A DNA stretch of 62,666 nucleotides, the filler included, from Vannella sp. (lineage: Eukaryota), in NCBI GenBank assembly GCA_023345925.1. It is 7 parts of 7 records of this genome, joined end to end, with 100 filler letters (N's around TTAATTAATTAA, not from the genome) between each part and the next. Parts side by side here need not be neighbours in the genome. Positions count along the whole stretch, not along the records: positions 18,363 to 26,809 come from JAJQQN010000588.1; positions 26,910 to 35,871 come from JAJQQN010001090.1; 5 more parts are not named here. One strand, given 5' to 3'. Within the stretch, counting starts at the first letter, position 1, and every line of letters begins with the position of its first letter. Below are positions 22,606 through 34,280 of the stretch, one piece after another. The notes under the pieces are model-generated. The model worked only from the letters and a program-made list of their open reading frames with translations. It did no database searches and was not told the DNA's origin. The translations under genes and the position numbers were made by a program.

Positions 22606-23835
22606 ATGAGGATGAAACCCAACCGATTGATGGGTATCTCGTTGCTACTGATCCTAGCGGGGTTCTATGTGTGGTCTCTTTGTCGGGTCCAGGGTGATGT
22701 CCAACGTACCTACGAGGAAGAGATTAGAAGAACTCCTCCCTACAACCAAAAAGAGCTTCCATCTCCCAACCCAGGAGGGACTTCGCGGCAAGAGTTTCTT
22801 CTTGCTTTGAAGAGATACGGAGAACTTCACAACGACATGTTGGACGGAAAGCGACCAGGAAAGTACCTCACTTTCTGCAATGCTCCCTCGGGCTGGTCTG
22901 ATCGTGTTCGCGGTTTTATCAGCGTCGCCACTGTCGCCTTCATGACTGATCGAGCTTTCCTCTTCAAGGAGATGCCAGATATCAATATGACGGCGGTGTA
23001 TGCCCAGGATAACATCCGTTGGTTCGCTGAGCCTGACGTGCCTGTTGTTCACAGCTTCGAGGTTGGATACATGCGACTAGAGGAGGAGCTCTTGCGAGAA
23101 GACACGATAGAGAGAATGCGAGAGCAGCTGGGGAACATCCAACTCACAATGAGCGACTGGGCTTGGGAAGACATCGCACGGCATCCCCTCTTAGCGACAG
23201 ATCGCGCTCGTTTGCGGTTGGATGACGTACCTGAATGGGCTTCTTTGCTATTCGATTTCATTTTCCCTCCTTCTCCAATCGTGAAGGACGCATTGAGAGA
23301 CTACGTGGATTTAGTTCCTTCTCCTCGCATGGCCATTCATATTCGCACAGGTGCAGCAGAAGGTTCCAACCAGTTCTTTTCTGGATCCTTGGAGACTTAT
23401 GTTGAGAGGGAAATCAACTGTTTCAAGAGCGTGGTCAAGTCTGAAGGGTTCACCAAAGTTACTGTTTTCCTTGCCACGGACATTCAGCCTGCTTTTGACA
23501 TTGCCAAAGCTCTTATAGAAGCCATGCAAGGAGAGAATTTATCCGTCCGCGTCATGGATGGCTCGGCAATGGGGAGCGTTGGCCACCTTTTCCTTGAACA
23601 ACACCACACCTTGAGTACGCAATTACGAGCCAACACAGAGTGGGAGATCCTTCGCCGATCTGAATGGGTGTTTCCAAGCCGCAGTGGATTCTCTTTGCTC
23701 CCCTTTGGGCTTCGCCACTCCCCAAGCACCCGAGCATTCACAACAAACCTCAACCCTGCTGGTGCATGCGAAGAGATTCAACCACTTGGACTTGGGTGGT
23801 TCTTTATGATGGAGAATCTCGGACGATTCCCGTAA
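22606..23835 (+). CDS. Type II membrane fucosyltransferase-superfamily glycosyltransferase (GT23/GT37-like), copy 1
   Basis: N-terminal TM; GWSDRVRG, MAIHIRTG (GDP-Fuc motif I), VFLATD (motif II), EWEILRRSE..SRSGFS (motif III); intronless. Confidence 0.7.
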   Translation: MRMKPNRLMGISLLLILAGFYVWSLCRVQGDVQRTYEEEIRRTPPYNQKELPSPNPGGTSRQEFLLALKRYGELHNDMLDGKRPGKYLTFCNAPSGWSDRVRGFISVATVAFMTDRAFLFKEMPDINMTAVYAQDNIRWFAEPDVPVVHSFEVGYMRLEEELLREDTIERMREQLGNIQLTMSDWAWEDIARHPLLATDRARLRLDDVPEWASLLFDFIFPPSPIVKDALRDYVDLVPSPRMAIHIRTGAAEGSNQFFSGSLETYVEREINCFKSVVKSEGFTKVTVFLATDIQPAFDIAKALIEAMQGENLSVRVMDGSAMGSVGHLFLEQHHTLSTQLRANTEWEILRRSEWVFPSRSGFSLLPFGLRHSPSTRAFTTNLNPAGACEEIQPLGLGWFFMMENLGRFP

Positions 23836-24158
23836 AACGAGCCTCATTCTTCCTGCCTCGCCTCCAAGTGACATTCATTGGTTTCTTTGAAGTGAAGGAA
23901 CGACGGAGATCTTCTCGCTGTCCAAATTGGTCAGTCCTAAAGGTGCACCTTTAGGACTCACAATCGGAAGTCATAAACCTCTTTTGAAATAGGTCCCATG
24001 TTCCAGCCAACTTGCTCCCTCAAGGAGAGGGGATCCGACACCGTCTGCTGGCCGTGGGAAATGAATGCTCAATGCGTGTGGGACATTTAGTATCAGGTAA
24101 TCAAGTCCAGCTGTAATTAATCTCGATCGACGCTGATTGGTTCTCTTTCGTCCAATGA

Positions 24159-25415
24159 GTGAGAAGCCATTTCTTCTATGCCCGGAGTCGAGAGAAGCGA
24201 AGGTCCTTGCCAGTGATCGCTGGTATCTCACTGATGCTTACTCTACTTGGATCCTTCTTGGTGTTGGGTTCAGGTAACACCCAACACACTCGGCTGAATG
24301 TCTTCACAAACGAAGGAATGGGGGATCCTCCCCTCAGCCCTGGCGACCCTGCTCAACAGGAGTTTCTCCTTGCTTTGAAGAGATACAGTGATCTCCACAA
24401 CGACATGTTGGATGGAAAGCGGCCAGGAAAGTACCTCACTTACGTCTCTGATGGTTCGGGATGGTCTGACCGTGTCCGTGGCTTTGTCAGCGTTGCCACT
24501 CTCGCCTTCATGACTGATCGAGCGTTTATCTTCCAGGACAACATGAAAGACATCAACATAACCTTTGGGTACACGCAGGGTACCATCCGCTGGTTTGCTG
24601 AGCCCGATGTTCCACTCGTTGGCCACTACGGAGTCTGGTTTTCGCGAGTAGACGAGCTCATGCGAGAAGACATAGTGAAGAGTATGCGAGAAGACGTGGG
24701 GAACATTATACTCGTGACGCACGACTGGATTTGGGAAGACATTGCGGGTCACCCACTCTTAGCAGAAGATCGCGCCCGCTTGCGGTTGGATGACGTACCT
24801 GAATGGGCTGCCTTGCTATTCGAATTCTTGTTTCCTCCTTCTCAAATCATGAAGGACGCATTGAGGGACTACGTGGACTTGGTTCCTTCTCCTCGCATGG
24901 CCATTCATATTCGCACAGGCCTGGATGAAGGTACTAGTTTGTTCCTCAGTGGGCCATTAGAGCCTTACGTAGAGAAACAAATCAATTGCTTCAAGAGCGT
25001 GGTCGAGTCGGAAGGCTTTACCCAAGTTACAGTTTTCCTTGCCACAGACTCTCAACGCGCCTTCGACATTGCCAGAGGTCTTCTAGAAGCTATGCAAGGG
25101 GAGAGCCTTTCAATTCACGTCATGGATGGCTCGGCACTAGGGAACGTTGGCCACCTCTTTTTTGAAGCTATGAAAGAACACGGAATCGAGAATATTCATA
25201 CACGAGCCCATGTAGAGTGGGAAATCCTTCGCCGAACTGAATGGTTGTTTCCTTGCCGCAGTGGATACTCTTTGGTCCCCTATGCGCTTCGTCACTCCTC
25301 AAAAACGCGAGCATTCTCAACAAACCTGAACTCTGCAGGAGCATGCCAAGAGATCCAGCCTTTTGGGCTGGGGTGGTTCTTTTCCATGCAAAATCTTCAT
25401 AGATTCCCCAATTAA
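24159..25415 (+). CDS. Fucosyltransferase-superfamily glycosyltransferase, copy 2 (tandem paralog; first in-frame ATG about 24234)
   Basis: Same motifs as copy 1, with long near-identical nucleotide blocks. Confidence 0.7.
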   Translation: MRSHFFYARSREKRRSLPVIAGISLMLTLLGSFLVLGSGNTQHTRLNVFTNEGMGDPPLSPGDPAQQEFLLALKRYSDLHNDMLDGKRPGKYLTYVSDGSGWSDRVRGFVSVATLAFMTDRAFIFQDNMKDINITFGYTQGTIRWFAEPDVPLVGHYGVWFSRVDELMREDIVKSMREDVGNIILVTHDWIWEDIAGHPLLAEDRARLRLDDVPEWAALLFEFLFPPSQIMKDALRDYVDLVPSPRMAIHIRTGLDEGTSLFLSGPLEPYVEKQINCFKSVVESEGFTQVTVFLATDSQRAFDIARGLLEAMQGESLSIHVMDGSALGNVGHLFFEAMKEHGIENIHTRAHVEWEILRRTEWLFPCRSGYSLVPYALRHSSKTRAFSTNLNSAGACQEIQPFGLGWFFSMQNLHRFPN

Positions 25416-26268
25416 GAGCTTTTTGTTTACAAAAGTATGAACAACATCGGCTTCATAACGAGAAGATCAATTGAACCCATTGGTGGATCCCAAACCTGGA
25501 ACATGGCTTTTATTTGTGTCTTCTCCTCGGAAGGTATCTTTACAATTGTAACTTCAGGGAGACAGATCCCTCGAAAGAAAGACCTTGAAGTGAAGATTGT
25601 TAAGTGAGTAAGTTGGCTCAACTCGAATCTAGAGATTATGAACACGGCAGAGTGATGAAAGCACCTGGGAGACCTTCTACCCACTAGTAGAGTTGGGCGC
25701 TCTTCGTAAGTTATGCCTGATGATAGCCCACAGAGCTTTGCCTTCCACTCACTTATCCACCTTACGGACTTCTCCGATTTCATGATAAGAAACAATCCTC
25801 AGACGCGGTTCTCGGTTGTTCCAGAGTGTGATCGATTCTATGCTGGTTCCCTGGTATTAAATGTGACCACATGTTTAGGATTGCCTTAGTTCTATCAGAG
25901 TCAATCTCACTTTGGGTCATGGCTCGGGACTGGAATGTGCACTTACATGCTCGGAGAGCTGAAGAATACAACGATGAGAATGGTTATTTCCAACCCGGAG
26001 TGGTCACTGTCACCCACGCCCTCTTTTTTAGCTCTTCTGAATGGCGCCTAGGATGGCTTCCAGCCTACCACCAAGGGCTCGACTATCCATGTGGAAAGAA
26101 CGAGCTCATCTAGGTAAGAAGCAAAGGCCACGTAGACTATCTGAGTTATCCTAGTCACCCGGCAGAATCCGAAGCCAAAGGGGCAAAACTCAATGTACTA
26201 TTCTTCACGCTTGCCATCGGAAAGGACTTTATCCTCTCCATACTGATTATGTTCGTGAGGGAATCCGG

Positions 26269-26809
26269 TTAAATGGAATTGCTCAGCTTCTGATAGGTGG
26301 AGCATCTCCGGATTGTGTCTAGAATGGTTTTGGGACTCACCGACATGAGAAGGCCAAAGTACTCTAATGAGAGACGGCCAGCAATCTCGCCATACATCAT
26401 GTGGAATCGATAGCCAGGAGACAGCATTTCGATGAAGCAAGCTCTTGGTTGAGCGGCCATGATCAAAGCCTCGGCTCCCCCATGAGGAGCCACGATGATG
26501 GCAGCGTCGGAAAAGTTGCCGACTTGATATGTCAGGGAGGGCAGAGCGTAGGAGTCATGAAGGTAAGCTGTCCAGCGGTTCTGTTTGGCAAACTTCTGAA
26601 TGGACTCCCATATATCGCCTCTATTATCAGCGTCATCCTTTACGCGGATCATGTAGACAATCTTCTTTCTCATCGGAGGATGGCCCAGTCTGTTGTGGAT
26701 GCCGTTCCTGAGCCAGTCTATTTGACGGATAGACGGAGATCCACAAGCACCCATTTCGCCCACTACCAGCTTGTCTGCCACGACCGTTCCTTCGATGATT
26801 CGGTCAGGA
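26269..26809 (-). CDS. GT61-family glycosyltransferase, C-terminal part (truncated by contig end)
   Basis: SLTYQVGNFSDAAIIVAPHGGAEALIMAAQPRACFIEM matches the GT61 Q...F..A..IV.PHGA motif. Confidence 0.7.
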
Positions 26810-26909
26810 NNNNNNNNNNNNNNNNNNNNNNNNNNNNNNNNNNNNNNNNNNNNTTAATTAATTAANNNNNNNNNNNNNNNNNNNNNNNNNNNNNNNNNNN
26901 NNNNNNNNN
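26810..26909. other. Artificial contig-join spacer
   Basis: N44-TTAATTAATTAA-N44. Confidence 0.98.
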
Positions 26910-26949
26910 AACTCACCATCTCGGAAAGAAGGATCCTCCCCTTTCGTCT

Positions 26950-27561
26950 CCCGCCAACCTGACCTGTCTGGGGAAGGCATCAGCTCTTGTTCAGCATCAT
27001 GATGCAATTACAGGTACCAGTGCCGAGTAACGTATCGGGACTATCACAGAAGGCTGGAAGATGGAATCCAGTTCGTTCGCTCAAACCGCAGCCGAGTCCG
27101 CCATGGGGCGCCTTCCTGGCCCCCTCTCCTCCTTTCTAATCCCAAGTAACTTCATCCCGTTGCTAGAGAGTCGTAGAAGGGCGACAGTAGTGCTTTACAA
27201 CACTCTTGAGGAGACGAACATCCAAATCATCAAACTGAAAGTTCCGAAGATCTTGTGGAAAAGGCACATTCAAGTCACTTTGGGTCCGCTGTAGAGCATT
27301 AGCTTTCAGAGGGATTGAGCTTTGGTCAAAAGGATCCGGATTTGTTTGTGCGTTGCCAAGTTCCGGCATTCGGCACCAAATCATTCATTAGGGAGCCTCG
27401 AATCTCTTCTGCTTCTTCAAACTAACAAGGCGAACATTCAAAGGGAGCTCATTTCAGATGATTATAAGGGGGGCTGGACTCGTGTGACCCTCCACCCGAT
27501 GCAGATTCGCACGTTTTGGGCGTTCATCGAAGTGAACAAGACACTTTTCGTTACAAAATAG
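26950..27561 (+). pseudogene. Degraded GH38 alpha-mannosidase fragment
   Basis: LVQHHDAITGTS followed by TAA and a frame change to RDYHRRLEDG; VVLYNTL; terminal VTLHPMQIRTF only about 500 nt later. Confidence 0.65.
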
Positions 27562-27933
27562 TCTTTTTTGAAGTCCAGTTACTGTTTCTCATCTGAAAAT
27601 CACCAATCTTGATGCACTTGCCCGATTGAAATGATGAAACCGCAGGTATGCAGATGACTCTACTCCTTCGGAAACTCTCAGAGGAGTGGAAAAGGATGTT
27701 ACCAACTTCTCAAAGCGTCGAATACTGCCCTTCCTTGAAACCTTCTGCTCTTGTCCTCAAGCCGCGACTGGAATGAAGAAGTCGATGACACGAGGTAGGA
27801 CTGAGGAGAAGAGCCAAATAGCCTACAGAGATGAAAGCGAGCTTCTTCATGATAGAGAGAGTGAGCTTGCTCATGGCCAGAGTCCTTCATTTGATCCCAT
27901 CCTGTGGGAGGACATTCTTTGCCCTCTTTTAGT

Positions 27934-28786
27934 TCAATGGGGGAGAGCAGACGGCGGGTACGAGCAGACATTGCAGTCGTACTTCCAAGAGTAGTTGACA
28001 CACGGATTGACAAAGTCCAAAGGATTGTCGGTCATCCACTGAGTGATCTGGAGAGGAGTGTAATACTCGATTCTCTTTGCTTCCAACTCACTGGGACTCA
28101 GAACCGTGTAGATCCATTCTCTATCCTTATTCTTAAGCACTCGCCTCCTCCAAAGAAGTAACCTACCGGTACTCCTTGAGTCCTTCGCCCATTGCCAACT
28201 GCAAAACCCGGTGGTCAGTCTCATGCTCGTACCAGATGTGGAAGGATCGATTCAAGGCGTAATGGACACCAAAGTTGGCGAGCTGGTGACGTCAGTGAAT
28301 GGCCAGCATGAGGGGGGAGCGTACAGTGGAGACATTCATGTGAGAATAGTCCAGAATGTGATTCAACTCGTGCAAGATGATCGAATGCAGCGCTCTTACG
28401 GAGGGGCCTGGAACTTTGAGCATCAGATCAGACATAGCGGAGGCAGTAAGATGGCGAGTCGACCAACCGTAGGTCCCGTTGAAGAGGGAGGGGTTCACGA
28501 ACATCTCATAGACTCTTCTCTTTGGTGGAAGAAGGGCAGTAGATGGCTTAACTGAAGACCGTAAGAAGTATCCAGGCTCTTCATAGTTCAAAACATCGAT
28601 CTACAGGCCCTGTCAAAGTGATCTCCCCCAAAGAGCCCGCCTCACCGTCAGGTTCCCCATACAAGGGAGCGTTTCCGCCACCAGCTCCTGGATATAGAGC
28701 TTAGCCTGTATAGGCCCATCTCCTCCTGGTAAAGGAGAGCTGCCAGACATCTGCACCAACAACACCAAAAAGGCCAGACCGCGCAT
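27934..28786 (-). CDS. Secreted HExxH zinc metallopeptidase-like protein (about 5 exons)
   Basis: Signal peptide MRGLAFLVLLV; spliced IILHELNHILDY ... WYEHETD ... GEGLKEYREWIY ... KRIEYYTP; Cys-containing tail. Confidence 0.6.
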
Positions 28787-29491
28787 TCCCTCCAAATGCG
28801 ACAAAAAATGGCCTCCTGGATTCAAAGTGTGATTGTTGACCCTTAGAATCAAATCAAAAGTTGATTGATTCGATCCTGGCCCGTTTTAGGGCACTTTGAC
28901 CAGGGAGAAGTCAGAAGCGGGCATTTCCAAAACTCAAAAAATGAAATCCCCCCAAAAGCTTATCCTGAAAGAGATGGAGGTCATCAGGACACTCTACGCA
29001 AACACCACCCTTTTGGAACCCTCTTCCCCTTCGCTCGTGGATTTTCTCAGGATAAGGTATTGAGTATCAGCCGGTTGGGTGGTCAGTTGCCAACACGAGA
29101 CTAGAAACTTGTAAAAGGCCGGTCTCATCATGATCGCCCTTCCCCAGACAGCCTGGGCGCGGGAAACGGAAACCTCTTCCCACGTTTGTTTGCTTCCTCT
29201 CCCAACTGCAGACTCGTTGCATCAAAGGTCCTTTCCACCATTCAGAGATAGGTGCCTCCTCCTACGAAGGAACTACAAGAAGGCAAGTCAAGTGACTCAT
29301 GAAGGGAGAAGATCTTCCCTTTGGGACCGCGAACCCGCCCAAAAGGCCCTTCGCAGGGGAGAGGAGATTTGGGGTGTTGGGAAGATTTCGAGGGAGAAGG
29401 CCAATCAAAGGAAGGGCGTTGGAGGCGCCCGGTTGGTCAGTTGTTGGTAGCCCGGTCCACCGTCGTACCTCGTCTGGCAGGATCCGTCACG

Positions 29492-32400
29492 ATGGAGAAG
29501 ACGCGTAAGGAGATCACCCGGTTGGAGAGGAAGCTTGCCGAGTTAGATGAGGAGATGGACGTGCTGGAAGTGCGCTTGTTGCAAGCTTCGGGTGTGAAGA
29601 AGAAGGCTTTGGAGAAGAAGATTGAGAAGCTTGACCAGAAGTGGGAGAAGATTGACGCCCAACTGGCTGATTGTAAGAAGCAGCTGAGTGAAGAGGATCC
29701 CACGTACCGTGCAGACGATGAGGAGGAGGAAGAGGGCGAAACACACTCAGAAGACGTTTCCCATGTGTCTGACTCGACGGTGTCGCCCCGTGCAGCCATT
29801 GTCACTCCAGAAGAACCTGTTGTCGTTGCTACCCGTGAGAAGAAGCCTCTATTGGCCCAGGACTCGTCCGCGAAGGACCAACTTCAACGGCAACTGGAAC
29901 TGGGCGACTCGTCACACTCTCAAGTCACCAGCAGCTTTGACTTTCATGATATCGATGTGGACGCTGCTCTCTCTTCCCCATCTGGCTCTTTGAACACCAC
30001 AGACGTCGCCCAAGCTCTCGAAGTTCTCCAAAGCGCCTCGCCCGTGGAGGAGGTCAAGGAGGAGGTCAAGGAGGCTTTACCTGAGCCTCCCAAACCTGAA
30101 GTGATCGAGCCAGTCGTTCTTCAAGAAGAGACAACCACCAGAGAAGTCGTTGAGCCTCCTAAGAAGGAGGAAAGTCTTCCCGCCCCTGCGAACCTTGAGG
30201 CAACTCCCTCCCCTGCTACTGAGGACGGTGAAGCCGACTCAAAGAAGCACAAGAAGGACGATAAGAAGCGTATTCATGAGTCTGTGTCGATGTGGCTTGG
30301 TGATGCTGGCAGTCCCGCGAAGGAACCCGCCAAGAAGGAGGGGAAGATCACTCGCGTCTTCACCCAACGCTTCCATAAGGATGAGACTGGTGCTACACAA
30401 GAAGGAGGAGAGGTCAAGAAGAAGAAGACCGTCGGTATGACCATTCGCGGCTGGAAAAAGGACAAGAACCCGCCTCCACCCGAAGCCACAGGCCCTGTGG
30501 CCCCCGTAAGTCCCATGGGCACCGTTAAGAAAGCTTCCTCCACTAAGCGTACCATGAGCCGCCGCGACAAACGCGCAAGCACGACCAACCTATCACCAGT
30601 CAAGGTTGACGCCCCTGTCGAAGCTACGCCCGACCCAGAACCCAGCCCACGTGGCCCTGAAGGGAAGGCCCGAAGCAAGAGCTTCCTTAGCTCCGTGTTT
30701 GGTAAGCGAAAGCCCACTCGCCCATCAGAGGCGCGCGCAGCAGCGCCTTCCGACGAGGACATCAACCAGCAGTTCAACGAGTTCCTTGAGCAAACGATTA
30801 AGGTGGAGAGTGAGAGCGTCCGTGAGCTGTGGGAGAAGCAGTATCCCACTCCCAAGCAACGCTTGGAGCTGATGAAGAACGCCCAACGAGGCAAACTCTT
30901 CAATATCCTTGGTGATGAGATCACCCCTGGTGTGATGGCTGCTCAGCTGAAGACAAACGCCTCTGTAGAGACACTGACAGTCCTCAAAACCAACATCAAC
31001 GATGCCACGGTCTCTTGGCTCAAGGAATTCCGGGAAGCACAAGGTCTCAGCGACCTCTTTGAGGTGTTCTCTTACCTCATGTACCAAGCCAATCAAGCAG
31101 CCTTTGGCTCTGCGCCATCTGCCTCGGCTACAGCTTCCCCTGCTGCAAACAAGTCCTCCACTCTCATCCCAAAGCTCGAGGCGTGCTTGGGCTGCATTGA
31201 AGAGGGTGTCAACCGCAGTTTCATCCTCGTTGCTGACCTCCAAGAGAACGTAGAGGTGGTAAGGAACCTCCTGAAAGCGTTAGAGTTCGTCCCAGCTCAG
31301 AGAACCCGCCTCTTTGAGCTGATGGCAGCCATCTGCATCATTTCCAAGGCTTCCCATGCCGTAGTAGCTGACGCAGTCACGCACTTCAAAGCAGTCAAGC
31401 TGGGAGTCTTCAGGGACTTGATGACAGAGCTAAAGGATGGCGACGACCTTGTCTTCAAGACGGGCTTCCTCACCTTTATCAACTCGTTAGTCGTCATGTG
31501 CGAGGACATTCAGGACCGCATTAAGATGCGCGGACTCTTCCTCAGCGAGGGACTGGGAGAGATGGTGGAGACCCTCATAAGTGACTATCCTGATCCGGAT
31601 CTTCATGCTCAGCTGAACATCTTCAACGAGGAGCTGGAGAATGACATGAAGGAGGCTGGGTGTTCTGGGGAAGCAGCGCTTGATCCTTTCGATGTTATCA
31701 ACTCGCTTTGGGAGAACATGCAAGGCACTGGGTTAGAAGAGACATTTATCTCCATCCTTGACCGCCTCTTCCGTATTGGATTGCCACGTGAGGCCACCAC
31801 AGTGTGGAAGAACATCGAAGTGATTGTGCGGTATATGTCTGACGTGGTCCGCTCTGATGATTCGACTGACACCACAACGGAAGACATTCTTCTCAAGGTT
31901 CTCGCCAGCTGCCAAACGGGGCAAGCTCCCCGTCGACGGACGGCTGCTAATCAAACGCCAATCATGCCCGGGGAATCTCTTCGAGAGGACGTTCCTGTTC
32001 CTGCTACTAAGGAGGTTAGTGTACCAACACCCCCTTCGGACATTCCTTCTTCGACCAGTATTCCTGCTCCTCCTGGAAGCGACATTCCTGCTCCCCCTGG
32101 AAGTGACATTCCTCCACCTCCTGGTGGCGACATTCCTCCACCTCCTGGTGGAGATATTCCTCCCCCTCCCGGTGCTGGTATCCCACCTCCTCCTGGATTC
32201 GGTCCTCCGGGTTGCGACATTCCTCCCCCTCCTGGTGGTGGTATTCCCCCTCCGCCTGGCTTTAGCCCACCTGGCATTCCCCCACCTCCTGGCTTTGGCC
32301 CTCCTGGAGTTCCTCCTCCACCTGGTTTTGGTCCTCCTGGTGGCCCTCCACCTCTCCCAGGAGGTGGCCCACCTGGCTTGCCCCCGCTCCCTGGATTTGG

Positions 32401-34183
32401 AGCTCCTTCTGGAGGAACTCGCGATCCCTCTCGCCCACAAATGGTCCCCTGGCGTTGGAACCTTCTCCCGCCCAACCAAATCGGCCAGAGTATCTTCAAA
32501 GACCTCAACCCCGACTCCATCAAGTTCGATGGCAAACGCATCGAAGACCTGTTCCGATCTGACATTGGCCAGAAGCCAAAGAAAGAGGTGGAAGCCAATG
32601 GAGACGACGAGAAGAGCAAATCGGACAAGCCAGTGGAGATTCAGCCGGTTGTGCTCGACCGCCAGCGGTGCACCATCATCGAGATCATCATGAAGCGCTT
32701 CGCTGAGCCAGCCTCTCTCATTAAGAAGAACGTTTTGGACTGCAACCTTGGCTTCCTGTCTCTGGACACTTTGGCCGAACTTGTTGGCCTCTTCCCAATC
32801 AAGACCTTTGCACAAGAGTACGATTTGCTGAGCAAATACGACAAACCAGTTGATACTCTCAGCCGAGCTGAGCAATTCCTCCACGAAGTGAGTTCTGGCA
32901 CCTTTGGGAGATTGGTGCTCGGGTACTAACTTGCCTTTTCTCCTTAGCTCTTTACTATTCCCAACATCCGAACGAAGTTGTTGTCTTTCATGTTCTGTTT
33001 GGAGTACAAGTCAAAGCTGGCTGAATATGAGTCAGCTGTGGAAGTGACTGACAAGGCGTTTGAGCAGATTAAGTCAACCAAAGTACTTCGCACGCTCGAA
33101 TACATCTTGGCGGTGGGTAACTACATCAATAACCCCAACCGGAAGGCGCAGGGCTTCAAGTTCAGCAGTTTGATGAAGTTAGTGGATGTGAAAGCCAAGG
33201 CCCAGTCCGGTGTAACCCTCCTCCACACCATCGCACAGCTGATTGATGAGAAAGAGCCAGAGTTACTCCTCTTTGTGGACGAGATGGACGCCCTTAAAGA
33301 TGCAGAATCAGCCATCAATGTCGCTCAAACAGCTATTCTCTTCATGAAGAAGTCAGCTGGTGACCTAGAGCGCGAAGTCAAGTCTCTTGAAGCTCCAGAG
33401 GACAAGAAAATGAAAGACTTCTTCGAGGCCACCTTGCTTGACTGCAAGAAGGTGACAGCAGCCTTCGACATCAAAGTCACTTCCTACTCCGAGACGGTCA
33501 CCTTCTTTGGTGAACAAAGCTCCAACGACATTGCTGGCTTCTTCCAGAACTGGAGCAAGTTCGTGAGCAGCTTCCGCGCTGCTGTCAAATTCAACATTGC
33601 CATGGCCAAGAAGCAGGAAATCGAAGACCGCAAAGCACAGGAAGAACGAGAGAAGAAGAAGGAAGAGGAGAACGTGAAGAAGTTTGCCGACACTTTGCGG
33701 GCATCCCGAAAGAAGGGTGCTCCTCTGAGTATGCTCGAACAGGGCAAAGCTATGGATGAGGCTGCTCAAGAAGAAGAAAGTGACGCAGCTGGGGGAACCG
33801 CAAAGGCTCGTGCTCGTCGCACTCGAGCTCGAAAGGCAAAGCCCACTCAATCCCTCGTGGAAGACATTATCTCAGATAATGGAGAGTTCCTGGAGGGCCC
33901 ATCTGCCAGCATGCGTGACGACAACGGTGTTGTTAAACAGATCTCGCGAGGCCTCCGCTCAGGTGACACCTTCACCCGCTTGCGTGGTAAACGTGCAGCA
34001 AAGGTTGACCCATCGGCCCCTGTTGTTGCTGAACCACCCGTGGACACCGCCACTCGCCGCCAACTGCGCTCACAGAAATCCACCTTCTCCCGCCGCGACG
34101 GCAGCCGAGCTGCGAAGAAGGAAGTTAAGGAAGAAGAGCCCAAAGGCGGGCGAATGGCCCTCACTTCCATCAATTGGGGATGA
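29492..34183 (+). CDS. Diaphanous-related formin (GBD/FH3-FH1-FH2-DAD), one intron at about 32888-32947
   Basis: [21 protein letters not shown], poly-Pro FH1, FH2 ([28 protein letters not shown]), DAD-like [12 protein letters not shown]. Confidence 0.92.
32040..32400 (+). repeat. FH1 proline-rich tandem repeats (DIPPPPGG / [11 protein letters not shown])
   Basis: Imperfect repeats of about 24-33 nt visible in DNA and protein. Confidence 0.85.
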
Positions 34184-34280
34184 TTCCTCTTCTCTCTGTA
34201 TAACACTCCTTGTCCTTCCCTTCCCCTTCCCCTTCCCAATACATCTTTCAAACCTAATCATTGTGAGCATTGGCACTCTA

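Noticed and set aside
31733..32884. Long antisense and alternative-frame ORFs (Gly-rich, Arg-rich) over the formin
   Set aside because: Shadows of the poly-Pro FH1 repeats
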